Shown: positions 41,940 through 55,822 of the stretch, piece after piece
How positions within the stretch are numbered: the stretch's first letter is position 1
Layout: every line of letters starts with the position of its first letter
Assembly: GCF_009914755.1 (NCBI RefSeq)
Contig: NC_060925.1
Source: the human T2T-CHM13v2.0 reference genome, Homo sapiens
Length of the DNA: 64,000 nt
Reading direction: 5' to 3' (one strand)
Made by a program: the position numbers and the translations under genes
Notes under the pieces: generated by a model
The model's database searches: none
The model's input: only the letters and a program-made list of their open reading frames with translations
Told to the model about the DNA's origin: nothing

Positions 41940-44234
41940 TGATACGGTTTGGCTCTGTGTCACCACCTAAATCTCATCTTGAATTGTACTCCCATAATTC
42001 CCATGTGTTGTGGGAAGGACCCAGTGGTAGATAATTTGAGTCATGGGGGTTGTTTCCCCCACACTGTTCTCATGTTAGTGAATAAATCTCACGAGATCTG
42101 ATGGTTTTATCAGAGGTTTCTGCTTTTGTATCCTCCTAATTTTTTTCTTGCTGCTGCCATGTAAGAAGTGCCTTTCACATCCTGCTATGATTCTGAGGCC
42201 TCCCCAGACATGTGGAACTACAAGTCCAATTGAACCTCTTTTTCTTCCTAGTCTTGCATATGTCTTCATCAGCAGCATGAAAACAGACTAATACAGTAAA
42301 TTGGTACCAGTAGAATGGGGCATTGCTGAAAAGATACCCAAAAATGTGGAAGCAACTTTGGAACTGGGTATCAGGCAGAGGTTGAAACAATTTGGAGGGC
42401 TCAGAAGAAGACAGGAAAAAGTGGGAAAGTTTGGAACTTCCTAGAGACTTGTTGAATGACTTTGACAAAAATGCTGATAGTGATATGAATGATAAGGTCT
42501 AGGCTGAGGTGATCTCAGATGGAGATGAGGAACTTGTTGGGAACTGGAGCAAAGATGACTCTTGTTATGTTTTAGCAAAGAGACTGGCAGCATTTTGCCC
42601 CTGCCTTAGAGATCAGTGGAACTTTGAACTAGAGAGAGATGATTTAAGGTATCTGTTGGAAGAAATTTCTAAGCAGCAAAGAATTTAGGAAGTGACCTGG
42701 GTGCTGTTAAAAGCTTTCCACTTTAAAAGGAAACAGAGCATAAAACTTCAGAAAATTTGCAGTCTGATGATACAGTAGAAAAGAAAAACCCATTTCTTTG
42801 AGGAGAAATTAAACCTGTCTGCAGAAATTTACATAAGTAACAAGGAGCTGAATGTTAATCCCTATGACAATGTGGAAAATATCTCCAGGGCATGTCATAG
42901 GTCTTCACAGCAGCCCCTCCCATCACAGATCCAGAAGCCTGGGAGGTAAAAATGGTTTTGTGAGCCAAGCCCAGGGTCCCTGTGCTGTGTGCAGCCTAGG
43001 GACTTGGTGCCCTGCATCCAAGACACTCTAGCCATTGCTAAAAGGGGCCAGGGTATAGCTTGGCCCATGGTTTCAGAGGGTGCGAGCCCCCAAACCTTGG
43101 CAGCTTCCATCTGATGTTGAGCCTGCAGGTGCACAGAAGTCAAGAACTGAGGTTTGGGAACGTCCACCTAGATTTCAGAAGATATATGGAAATGCCTGGA
43201 TGCCCAGGCAAAAGTTTGCTGCAGGGGTGGGGCCCTCATGGAGAACTTCTGCTAGGGCAGGGCAGAAGGGAAATGTGGTGTCAGAGCCCCCACACAGAGT
43301 CCCTACTGGGGCACTGCCTAGTGAGGCTGTGAGAAGAGGGCCACTGTCCTCCAGACCCCAGAATGGTAGATCCAATGACAGCTTGCACTGTGTGCCTGGA
43401 AAAACCACAGACACTCAACTCCAGCTGCCCGTGAAAAAAGCCAGAAGAGGGTCTATACCCTGCAAAGCCACTGAGGCAGAGCTGGCCAAGACTATAAGAA
43501 TCTACTTCTTGCATCAGCATGACCTAGATGTGAGACATGGAGTCAAAGGAGATCATTTTGGAGCTTTAGAATTTGACTGCCCCACTGGATTTTGGACTTG
43601 CATGGGCCCTGTAACACCTTTGTTTTGGCCAATTTCTCCCATTTAGAATGACTGTATTTACCCAATACCTGTACCTCTATTGTATCTAGGAAGTAACTAG
43701 CTTGTTTTTGATTTTACAGGCTTGTAGGCGGAAGGGACTTGCCTTGTCTCAGATGAGACTTTGGACTGTGGACTTTTGGGTTAATGCTGAAATGAGTTAA
43801 GAGTTTGGCGGACTGTTGGGAAGGCATGATTGGTTTTGAAACTTGAGGACATAAGATTTGGAGGGGCCAGGGAGAGAATGATATTGTTTCGCTCTCTGTC
43901 CCCACCCAAATCTCATCTTGAATTTTACTTGCATAATTCCCATGTTTTGTGGTAGGTACCCGGTGAGAGATCATTTGAATTTTGGGGGTGTTTTCCCTCA
44001 TACTGTTCTCATGGCAGTGAGTAGGTCTCACAGGATCTGACGGTTTTATCAGGGGTTTCTGCTTTTGCATCCTTCTCATCTTTTTCTCGCCACCTACATG
44101 TAATAAGTGCCTTTCACCTCCTGCCATGATTCTGAGGCCTCCCCAGCCATGTGGAACTGTATATCCAATTGAACCTCTTTTTCTTCCCAGCCTTGGGTAT
44201 GTCTTTATCAGCAGCATGAAAATGGACTAATACA
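41940..44234 (+). mobile_element. Full-length THE1C/D provirus (LTR 41940-42295, LTR 43879-44234) inserted in L2
   Basis: Two LTRs plus THE1-int; perfect TSD ACAGT; L2 sequence on both flanks (~41830-44600). Confidence 0.95.
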
Positions 44235-45202
44235 ACAGTCTACTGGGGAAAAACAAAGAATAAACAGTAAATATAATTTTAAAATTTTACTAAGTGCTAG
44301 AAGGCAATAAATGTATTTAAAAAAAAAAAAACAAAGGAGCATGGTAAGGGGACTCAGGAGTATGGCACTGAGGGAGCAGTGAAGAGGGCCATGTACAGTT
44401 TACAGTATTAAGTGGGGTTGTCAGGGTAAACCTTGATGAGAAGAATACATTTAAGTGAAGAGTTGAAGGAAGTGAGTCAGTTTGTATGCATACTTGGGAG
44501 AAGGTCCAGAGGAGGGAATAGCCAGATCCATTGCCCTAAGGTAGAAGAATGCCTACCATGTTTAAGGAGCAACAAGGATGGCCAATGTGGATGGAGTGAA
44601 TTGATTCCTAGCATAAACATGTGAATGTCTTCTAATACCCAACTCAGTCTCTGAGGGTTGAAAGATTGGGTTCAATTAGCCTACAACATGATGAAAAAGG
44701 AACCATAAATATTGAGCATCTAATATATGCCAGGCACCTTACATGTTTCCTCATTTCATCTTTATATTAATGTATTGAGGCAGTTATTATAATCACCATT
44801 TTACAAACTGGGATAATAACATGTAGGTAAGTTATATGATGAAACCAGTGTCACAAAGCTGTGAAGTAGTGAAGATGGATTCATAGGATTCCTTCAAATC
44901 CTAAGCTTTTTGGCTGCAACATCCAACCTCACTAGTGTTCATTGTGTTGAAGTTCAATTTCTAAACAAAGTAAACTGAAAATATCTAAGGATTACTAAAA
45001 CTCAGCTCCAGGGATAGCAAACAGTGTCACATTGGCTACTAGGTCCAGAAGTGACTGGGGCTCCCTGTTGTTTTCCTCTCTTACCCATTTTTCAGCATTC
45101 CTTTTCCTGTTTACAGGAAGAGAAGTTATTGAAGGTGACCTCTGTACAGATCACAGACATCATTAGTTGCAGACAAGTCTTTAAAATCACCCTCCAAAGA
45201 AA

Positions 45203-45381
45203 GTCACATGACAAGTCTCCTGTATGCTAAATAGTGTTCCCTTTAGGGCACATTCCTGAGGAGTCATCTGATAGCACCTGCCTCCTTCTCCTCCCAGCAT
45301 GTAACTGCTATGGGTATTCTGGGAGCAGTCAGCTGGGGCACCCAAATAACAGCTGTTGCCAGCAGCCCCCTCAGCCAGCTG
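45203..45381. promoter_or_regulatory. Candidate enhancer: E-box/MCAT cluster
   Basis: GTCACATGAC 45203, CATTCCT 45251, CATCTG 45265, CACCTG 45275, CAGCTG 45330/45350/45376 in apparently unique, GC-richer DNA. Confidence 0.4.
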
Positions 45382-46004
45382 CAACCAAAGGTTGAAATCT
45401 ACCTATAATAATATCATATTTTAACCCTACATGCAGATTTTAGCATAAACTGCAGATGTTTATTCTATGAAATTTCAATTTTGACCAGCGTGAAATTTGT
45501 AATCCTTTCTTCCCTAAAGACATACGTTATCAGTTTTCTGTTAAACCCTTTTGTTACCTGTGCTTGACCATCTCTCTAATTGCACTAGATAATAATAATA
45601 AATTGAGATTACATTTTTCTGCACACACATGTGCATCATACACACACACTTATTTACTTACTCATGCTCTATCTTGTTTCACGTAAAACATGTAAAAATG
45701 TCTGTGTACATATAAGGTGACAAGATTAAAGCTGAATCCACTGACTAAATAGTTGAGGTTTGAAGAGGAAAGCAATGGCAAGTATATTGGTAGGAAAGGT
45801 AAAAAGAATTAAAATCAGTTTTTTGGAGATCATGGTATAGACAAGCTCTCATGCCCACACAGTTAACTTCCTAGCATGAATTTATGCTACTGTGGAAAAG
45901 AGGTGAAAAAGCTAGTGACATGGAAAAAATTGGACCTCCTTGTGTTCAGTCTTAGCAGAGTGTTACAAACAAAAGCAACACAAATCCAACTCTGATTAGA
46001 CCTT

Positions 46005-46350
46005 TGTATTGTCCGCTTTCACGCTGCTGTTAAAGACATCCCCGAGACTGGGCAATTTACAAAATAAAGAGGTTTACTGGACTTACAGTTCCACGTGGCT
46101 GGGGAAGCCTTACAATCATGGCAGAAGGTAAGGAGGAACAAGTCACATTTTACATGGATGGCAGCAGGCAAAGAGAGCTTGTGCAGGGAACTCTTGTTTT
46201 TAAAACCATCAGATCTCATGAGACTTACTATCATGAGAACAGCATAGGAAAGACTTGCCCCCATGATTCAATTGCCTCCCACTGGGTTCCTCCTACAACA
46301 TGTAGGAGTTGGAGAGGAGATTTGGGTGAGGACACAGTCAGACCATACAA
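46005..46350 (-). mobile_element. THE1C-like solo LTR
   Basis: Reverse-complement THE1 LTR; perfect TSD ACCTT. Confidence 0.9.
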
Positions 46351-46640
46351 ACCTTCAAAAAGAATGAATTCAACTTCCATCCCCTATTGTGTGATGAACT
46401 AGACACTGAGCAGCTCTCCAGTGGTAGCACAATTAGACTGTGGCTAATGTATTACAAATATACCTTTTCAATGTATTTCTGGCTGTCATGAAAATAAGAA
46501 AATAAGCAGCTCTTGACAGACAATAGTCTTTGTTCTTGGAACTACTTTATGTCTGAGTATCTACTGTAGTGTCACAGATTATTATCCTTCAGGGATCTTG
46601 GAGGAGTTACTACTCTTTCTTATGGAGAGTCCATAAGATT

Positions 46641-46727
46641 TTTCCCCTGATAGGTAAGGTGTCATTTATTTCTTGGTGCTTTCACAATTTTTTATTTTGT
46701 CTTTAGTTATCTTCTTATTTTGATGTG
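46641..46727 (+). repeat. Direct copy of L1M segment 55441-55523
   Basis: 42/44 identical over the first block; similarity continues to ttattttgatgtg. Confidence 0.8.
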
Positions 46728-47171
46728 TAAACTTTATAGTTTTAATAGTATGATCATGTAAGAGAAAAAATGGCATTTATGAATTTCAATCATTCCTTTA
46801 GTTCAGGCTTGTTTGTTTAAAAAACAAATAATTGAAATATTTGAAGATTAAAACAGAAACTCAAAATTTTATTAATTTAAGGAGGAAAGAATTCAAAATT
46901 TAAGTCCCAAATAAATCATTGTGTATACAAAGATTTAATACGAAGCTTTAATTATAAGGCTTTATTAACTAGCTAGTTAAATGATATTAGGGTTGTGGCT
47001 GGTAAATTAAAAGCAAATAAGAATCAATTTTACTTGAAAATAAAAGCTTTTGGAAAAAGGTATGAAGCAAGAAGTTTATCTACTCCCTCTTATATTGGAC
47101 ATGTGCAAGAATGGTTTTAATTATTTAGTAATCCAGACATCAAGAATTTGTAGTAAAGCGTACACACTGAA

Positions 47172-47228
47172 GCTGTGGGTATTCTGGGAGCAGTCAGCTG
47201 AGGCACCCAAATAACAGCTGTTGCCAGC
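47172..47228 (+). repeat. 57 bp direct copy of 45307-45363
   Basis: 55/57 identical. Confidence 0.95.
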
Positions 47229-48421
47229 TAATAGAAATATACTTAATATTAAAACAAGCAAACAAACAAAGAAACTTGGGAAAAATCAGGCACAAACCGC
47301 CAAAATGATTTATTTCTTTTAATTGTGATGTAGGCTGACAGAATGAAAATTAATAATCATAAAATTTTTAAGTAAAATTATTAGCCTTTTGCAATTTTTG
47401 TTGCACAGAACCCTAATCCAAGGGCATTTACTTTTCAAGCCAGATAGGATTTTGCCAGTTTCCCAAGCTAACTCCCTGATGATACAAAAATAAACTAATG
47501 AATGGCTCAGAGTTTATGAGCCATTCTCCAAGACAATTTGTCTTATTGAAATAATTGGGTGGCCCAGAACTCTGAAGAATGCTTGTCATTTTTCAAATAA
47601 AATTACTCATATTTTTGGACAGTTTTAAACTGTTCATTTGCACTATTTTTCTCTCTAATATGACATACCATTTGGAATCTAAATTTTGTTTTTATATTGT
47701 AATTCTGCTTTAGAGAAAAAATATATGTTGGATACAAATATGGACTGGGTATGTTTATCGCAAGCTATTTTTTCTTCCATATTTGTTATTATGAGTAAAA
47801 ACTTCTATGATTCTTAATATAATGCATTTTCCTGTAAAAAATTTATTCTTCGACATGTAATACTTACAATTGGATGTTACCATCCTTCTTGGGCTATTAT
47901 TATCAAATATTAAAGTATTACTTTCATTTCAAGAACTTCAGTAAGAAGAGAATGAATTCAGGGCTTTGCACATGAAGCCAAGCAGATGCCTGTGTTTACA
48001 AATAATAAACATAATGAAAAATTTCAATTGAAATCTAAATAAATAAATCTATGCATTTGCATGTGCCTTTATTTCTCTAGTCTATGTAAAGAGAAAAGCC
48101 AAATAGAAAGATAGGAAAACAAAACAAACAAAAAACCCTCTGACCTATATATTACAATTTGAAAAGGTGCATTCACTAGATCTCAATATTTAAGGAGGCA
48201 TTGCTTCTTAAACGTCCAGAGGAATTTGTATGTTAACACCAATTTTGTGTGTGGCGGTGATGTATTAATATGATCTGGTATGTCTTAGAAATGTTTCTCT
48301 TTTTTTCAAACTGATTATGACACCCACCCATTTCAATAAATTAGCATTATCATCTCAACCAAATCGTCTTGCAGTGACATCAGATTCTCTTATTATTGCA
48401 TGAGCTATGTTTGAAAAGTAA

Positions 48422-48951
<530 letters not shown>

Positions 48952-49156
48952 AGACACTTACTTTTAATACCTTTTTGCATAAGTGTCAATGCTTCACAAA
49001 CAAGGGATGTTCCACGAAGAAATCTGTGTGGTGGTAGCAGGGGTGAGGTGTGGTTAGAGATGGAGATTTGGGAAAATAGAAAGTATAGTAAACTGCCTGT
49101 TTCCCAGGCTGTTTCCAAGAACAAAATCTGAACTGTAGGGAGAGAAAGCGTTATGG

Positions 49157-49540
49157 AAATAGAGATAGAGATCGAGATAGATATAGAGATCGAGATAGAG
49201 ATAGAAATAGGTAGAGATAGAGCTAGAGCTAGATGTAGAGGTAGAGCTAGAACTAGAGCTAGAGATAGAGATGAGGTGGAGATATAAGTATAGCTAGAGC
49301 TAGAGGTAGAACTAGAGGTAGAACTAGAGATAGAGATGAAGTAGAGGTAGAGACAGAAGTAGAGCTAGAGCTGGTATCAGTACTAGAGGTGGAGGTAGGG
49401 ATAGAGCTAGACATAGAGGTAGAGGTAGAGGTGGAGCTAGAGGTAGAGATAGGGTTAGGGATAGGGACAGGGATAGAGCTAGAGCTATAACTAGAAATAG
49501 AGCTAGAGGTAGAGGTAGAGGTAGATGTAGAGATAGAGAC
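49157..49540. repeat. Degenerate (TAGAGN)n hexamer repeat
   Basis: tagaga/tagagc/tagagg units; explains the Ser/Thr-rich ORF 49259-49588. Confidence 0.9.
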
Positions 49541-49844
49541 GAAGGCAGAGGAAAGGGAATGGAGAGGAGGATAGGAGGAAGAATTCATAGATGATTTTAT
49601 GAGAACACATTGTATTTAATAAATATCAAGAAGAATCATTATCTAGAATATTTTTTAAACCCTCACAAATCATTAAGAAATTGACATAAAACCCAAGAGA
49701 TTATCAATGTTATAAACAGACCATACACAGAAAAAGAAAAAGAAGACAAAATGATTAATAGGGCTTGTAAAAGTTCTCAACCTCACATTTCATTCAATAA
49801 AATATATAATAGAGTAACAATAAAGTACTATTTCACATTGACAA

Positions 49845-50220
49845 TGATATGGTTTGGCTCTGTGTCCCCACCCAAATCTCACCTTTAATTTTAGTTCCCA
49901 TAATTCCTATTTATCATAGGAGGACTTGGTGGGAGGTAATTTAATCATGGGGGCAGTTACACTCATGATCTTCTCATGATGGTGAGTTCATTCTCACAAG
50001 ATCTGATGGTTTTATAAGGGGCTTTTCCTCCTTTTGCTTGGCATTTCTCTCTCCTGCCACCATGTGCAGAAGGACGTGTTTCCTTCCCCTTCCACCATGA
50101 TTGTAAGTTTTATGAAACCTTCCCAGCCATGCAGAACTGTGAGCCAATTAATCTTCTTGTCTTTATAAACTACCCAGTTTTGGGTATTTCTTCATAGCAG
50201 CATGAAAACAAATGAATACA
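49845..50220 (+). mobile_element. MSTA solo LTR inside old L1M
   Basis: TGATATGGTTTGGCTCTGTGTCCCCACC...AATACA; TSD GACAA/GAGAA. Confidence 0.9.
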
Positions 50221-51754
50221 GAGAAGGATGTAGAAAATTAAAACATCATAGACGTTGATGTAGATATACTTGGGGAAAACTCTCATATATGTGGGCATAA
50301 GAAGATGCACATGCTCTTTGACCTGGCACTTTCACTCCTAGATATTTATTTTAGAGAAAATCAGGCAGATGGGTGCAGGCAAACATGTATGAATGTAATT
50401 TTTATTTTTATTTTTGCAGTGCTCCTTGTCATGATGAGTGTGGAAATAATTTTCCCTTGGCGGGAGATTGTACAAACAAATTATGCTTTATTCAAATTAT
50501 GGAATACTCTATAGCGGTTAAAATTAACGATTTAGAGCTCCATGTTTCAATGTGGATAAATCTCAAGAAACATAATTTTCAATAAAAAAATGCAAATTTT
50601 ACATATGATAATGTATACGCAAATATAAATTCACAAAACAATAGGACATAAGTTTAATTGATGTATGTAGATATAGTAAAAGTACAAAAACATGTATGGA
50701 AACAGGACATAACAGCTTCTGGATAACAGTTATATTTGGGGGTGGGCTTGGGGGAAGAAGTAAAAGAGAATAGTTTGGGAGGTGGGTGTTTCTGTGATTT
50801 TTTTTTCTTTTACAAAAAGAGAGTCATGGAGCTTCCAGTGATGTGATCCTGGCAGAAAGGCAGGTTTTAATTTCCCCAAAATTCCTCCTGGAAAACAAAC
50901 AAATCAATTAGGATAGCCAATAATAAATGCACTGTTAATATCTTAAATAAAAATCAAAGGCAATAAATTCTCATAAATTTCAGATTATGAACAGGAATGG
51001 TAAATCACTTACAGCAGTATAACAAGAACAAGAACAAGAACGAAGTTGTGTGACAGTAATAGTGAAAAATGAATAGGGACAACCTATGTATGCCACAAAC
51101 TCGGGGTGTAAAAAATTTTTCTACAAACATCTACTAAAAGAAGAAGATCCTATATTCCTTGGGTGGAAACATGGTAAGACATGTGAGAATGCCCAGTGAA
51201 ACTGGGAAAAGTCCTCAGAATCTTCCATTTGCAGATAAGATTAAAAAACTGCTTGCAGACATAAAAACATTATGGTTCTAGGCTAATTTCAATTTATAGT
51301 TAAATGACCACAGAGTTAAGCCACTAGCTAATTTCCATTTAGTGTTAAAAGACATAATAAAGAATTAGAGAAATCCAGAATGGGAGGCATTCTATAGAAC
51401 AACTAAACTAATTTCTATAAGTGAATGGCTGAAGGAAAAGGGAGCAGAGGAAGAACTATTCTAAATTACGAGTGACCTAAAAAACAAACATATTAAAATG
51501 TGGACCTTGTTTAGATTTTAATTCAAGTAAGCCAGAAAACACATTTTTGAGAAAATCCATACATTTGATTAAGACCAGGTATGAGATTATGCCAAAGAAA
51601 CATTATGAGTGATAATAATATTGTGGTTTTGTAGTGGGCCATAATTTTTAGAGTTATACTGAATTATGAAGGGGTAAAATAATACCATCTGATATTTGCT
51701 GAAAAATACTTCAAATAAGAAAAAGAAAAAACGTGTTTTAAATAGGTTAAGTGA

Positions 51755-53555
51755 TCCCAAGTTACAGTAATCTAAACGGTGTGGTACTGACATAAGGACA
51801 GACATATGGATCAATAGAATAGAATAGAGGTCCCAGATAAACCCTTGTGCACGCACTCAATCAATCTTTGACAAGAGTGCCAAAACCATACAATGGGCTT
51901 AAAGGGTAGTCCTGTCAATAAATGGTGTTGAGAAAACTGGATATCCACATGCAAAAGAATGAAGTCGGATCCTTACTTTACACAATATACAAAAATAAAC
52001 TCAAAATGAATTAAAGACCTAGGCATAAGACCTTAAAATATAAAACTATAAGAAGAACACAGGAGAAAAATTTTATAACAGTGGATTTGGCAATGTTTTC
52101 TTGGAGATGACACCAAAACCACAGGCAATAAAAGCAAAAATAGACAAATGAGAGTACATCAAACTTAAAGCCTTTTGCACATGAAAGGAAGCAATCCTTA
52201 GAGTGAAAAATTAACCTACAAGATGGGAGAAAATATTTCCAAATCATATATCTGGTAAGGAGTTAGATTCAGAATATATAAAGAATGCCTATAATTTAAC
52301 AACAAGCAAATAGCCTAGTTAAAAAAATGGGTAAAATCCTCAAAGTGGTATTTCTCCGAAGAGTTATAAATGGCTAACAAGTGACAAGATATTCAATGTC
52401 ACTAACCATTAGAGAAATGCAAATCAGAACTATAATGAGATATCACCCATTAAGATGGTGATATGGTTTGGCTCTGGGTCCCCACCCAAATCTCATGTCA
52501 AAATGTAATCTCCACATGTCAGAGGAGGGGCCTGGTGGGAGATGATTGCTCATGGGGACAGATTTCCCCCTTGCTGTTAGTGTGTTCTCATGAGATCTGA
52601 TGGTTTAAAGTTGTGTGGCACACTTCCCCCTTCTCTCGGTCTCTATCCTGCTGCACCATGGTAAAATGTGCTTGCTTCCCCTTTGCATTCTGCCATAATT
52701 GTAAATTTCCTGAGGCCTCCAAAACATGCTTCTGTACAGCCTAGGGAACTGTGAGTCAAACCTCTTTTCTTCAATTACCCAGTCTCAGGTAGTTCTTTAT
52801 AGCAGTGTGAGAATGGACTAATACACATGGCCACTGTCATAAAAACAGAAAATAGCAAGTGGTATTGGAATGTGGAGAAATTGCAATTCTTGTGCACTGT
52901 CAATGGGAATTGACAATGCAGCCAGTAAGAAAAACAGTATAGAGTTTCCTCAGGAAACTAAAAATGCGATTACCATATGATCCAGAAATCCCACTCTGGG
53001 TACATATCCAGAAGAATTGAAGACAGACTCTTGATGACGTATTTTCATATCCATGTTCATTACAGCATTATTCTCAATACCAAGAGGTGAAAGCAACCCA
53101 AATGTCCACTGACATATAAATGGATACAGAGAATGGAGTATATACATACAGTGGAATATTACTTAGCTTAAAAAGAGAAGGAAATTCTGTCATGTGCTAT
53201 AACATTGATGAACCCTGAAGACATTATGGTAAGTAAAATAAGCCCAGTCGCAAAGAGACCAACACTGTATGATTCCACCTGTATAAGGCATCTAAATTGG
53301 TCCAACTCATAGAAAGCAGAATTGTGGATGTCAGGGGCTGTGAGGAAGGGGAAATAGAGAGTTGTTTTTCAATGGGTATAGAGTTTCAGTTTTGCAAAAT
53401 GAAAAACTTTTAGAGATCTATTGCACAACAATGTGACTATTGTTAACACTATTGAACTATACACTTAGAAATGGTCAAGATGCTAATTTTTATGTTAAAC
53501 ATGTTATGTTAAAATGTGTTTTCTACCATAATTTTAAAAATAAATAAATAAATTA
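51755..53555 (+). mobile_element. L1MB-type 3' half, interrupted by an MST LTR, nested in older L1M (~49600-53660)
   Basis: ORF2 3' motifs (tttgacaagagtgccaa, aaactggatatccacatgcaaaagaatgaa), L1MB 3' UTR (gggtatagagtttcagttttgcaa), (AAAT)n tail. Confidence 0.85.
52459..52825 (+). mobile_element. MSTA/MSTB solo LTR
   Basis: TG...CTAATACA termini; TSD GATGG/CATGG. Confidence 0.9.
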
Positions 53556-54271
53556 GTTCTGTGAACGCGACAAAATATCGATTATTGTTTTATCTTGGTG
53601 ATTGGTATATCTAGTACTACTTTAATTTTGTGTCTATATCAAAATTTTTTTAATTTTTAGGGAAAAAGAAATTTGAAAGAATTATGACAGAGTATTAATA
53701 TCTGTTCATTCAGGGAAGGGAGCAAATGGGTGTTTTCTGTGTGTTTGGAATATCTCATCATTGATAAAATCCAAAAGTAATAGCAGTAGCCAACTGGCAA
53801 CATAGAACCTTAAGTTTACCCAGTTTGAATCTATGGGTCATAATTCTCAATTATCTGGAGAGACAATCATATTAACTAGTCCAGTGAGACCAGTGGAGAT
53901 TATATAATCCAAATAGAGTTGTACTGGGGAAGTGGGGTCAGTTCTGAGAGGAGCGATATGGGCTTTTAGAGTTTCCAGAAAAATGTTTGCTACAGATTAA
54001 AAGGACAAGGATTTTCACGGTAGATTAAAAAGTTTGGTAATATGGCCTGGATGTTTCATAGCTTGATGCCACTATCTAGTTGTGCCACTAAGACATCCAG
54101 AGACTCTTATGCTAGTTTTTTCACTTCTCTGAAAGAGAAAAAAATGCTTGTAGACTTCCAAGGTGTCTATCACTATACTCTGATAGCTGAAGATTATAAA
54201 TAATATTTTTATTTAGGAACTGTTAACAAAGTTGTCAGTTATCTTTATGACCTAGCCAAGATAACTCATTA

Positions 54272-54487
<216 letters not shown>

Positions 54488-54699
54488 GCAGACATTGATA
54501 GTAACATCAGCATCAAAACAGAGTTGCATTTCCCCAATTCAAGTAGGTCACAAATGATGATCAAAAACCTAACTAAAGCAAAACAATCAATTACTGAAGA
54601 AATTTGCTCTGTAATTTTATACCAACTCTTTATTATGGGCTTTTTCCCATTTTTTTAAGGTTAGAAGGTGTTTCAGAATGTGACTTAATAAGAATTTTT

Positions 54700-55558
54700 T
54701 AAAAGCTTACATTTTTTACTTTTTATTTTGAAATAGTTGTGGATTCATAATTTGGAAAATGGATAGTTCTTGGGTACCCTTCACTCACTTTCTCCCAATG
54801 GTTACATCTTGTATTAACAATAGTACAATGTCAAAACTGGGAAACTGACATTGGTACAATGTGGTGTATAGTTCTATGCCATCTTTTCATATGTATGCAT
54901 TCCTGTAACAACCGCTAGAAGCAAGATACAGAATTCTTCCACCACCACAAAGATTTGTTGGTGTTAATATTTTACCAATTTATGTCAAACATAGAAAACT
55001 TGCCTTCTTTTAAGTCTCTGTACCTATCTTCCCAACCCATTTATAATATAGTTCTCTTAAATGTTTTTGCTACATACATTTAGATTCATATTGGAAAATA
55101 TTGTACTTTTAGCTTTGACTACTAAACTAAATGTAGAACACACAAGAGGAGAAGGAACGTCTTTTGTAGTTACTTATATTTGTTGTTCTTGATGTTTTAA
55201 GATTCCTTCTCTAAGGGGTTTCTTTAGCCATTGTTTTAATGTATGTGGCTTGTGACAAATTCTCTTAATTTTCATTAATCTGAAAATGCATTTATTTTCT
55301 TTTCATTTCTGAAGGAAAATGTTGCCACATACAAAATTTGGGTTTGACAGTTCTTTTCTTTCAGGACTTGAATTTGTTGTACCATTTCCTTCTGATCATT
55401 ATGATTTCTGATGAGAAATCCACTGTCATTCAAATTTTTTTTTCCCCTGATAGTTCAGGTGTCATTTATTTCTTGGTGCTTTCAAGATTTTTTTGTTCTT
55501 AGTTTTCTTTTTATTTTGATGTGGATTAGCATGGATTTCTTGTGTTTGGATTTCACTC
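54700..55558 (-). mobile_element. L1MD/L1MC-type remnant
   Basis: ttttattttgaaata..., gaaactgacattggtacaat, atttctgatgagaaatc motifs. Confidence 0.7.

Positions 55559-55822
<264 letters not shown>

Noticed and set aside
45225-45236. MEF2 site beside the E-box cluster
   Set aside because: CTAAATAG is two bases short of CTA(A/T)4TAG
49259-49588. Ser/Thr-rich ORF with a hydrophobic tail (mucin-like)
   Set aside because: Direct translation of the hexamer repeat; no signal peptide or gene structure
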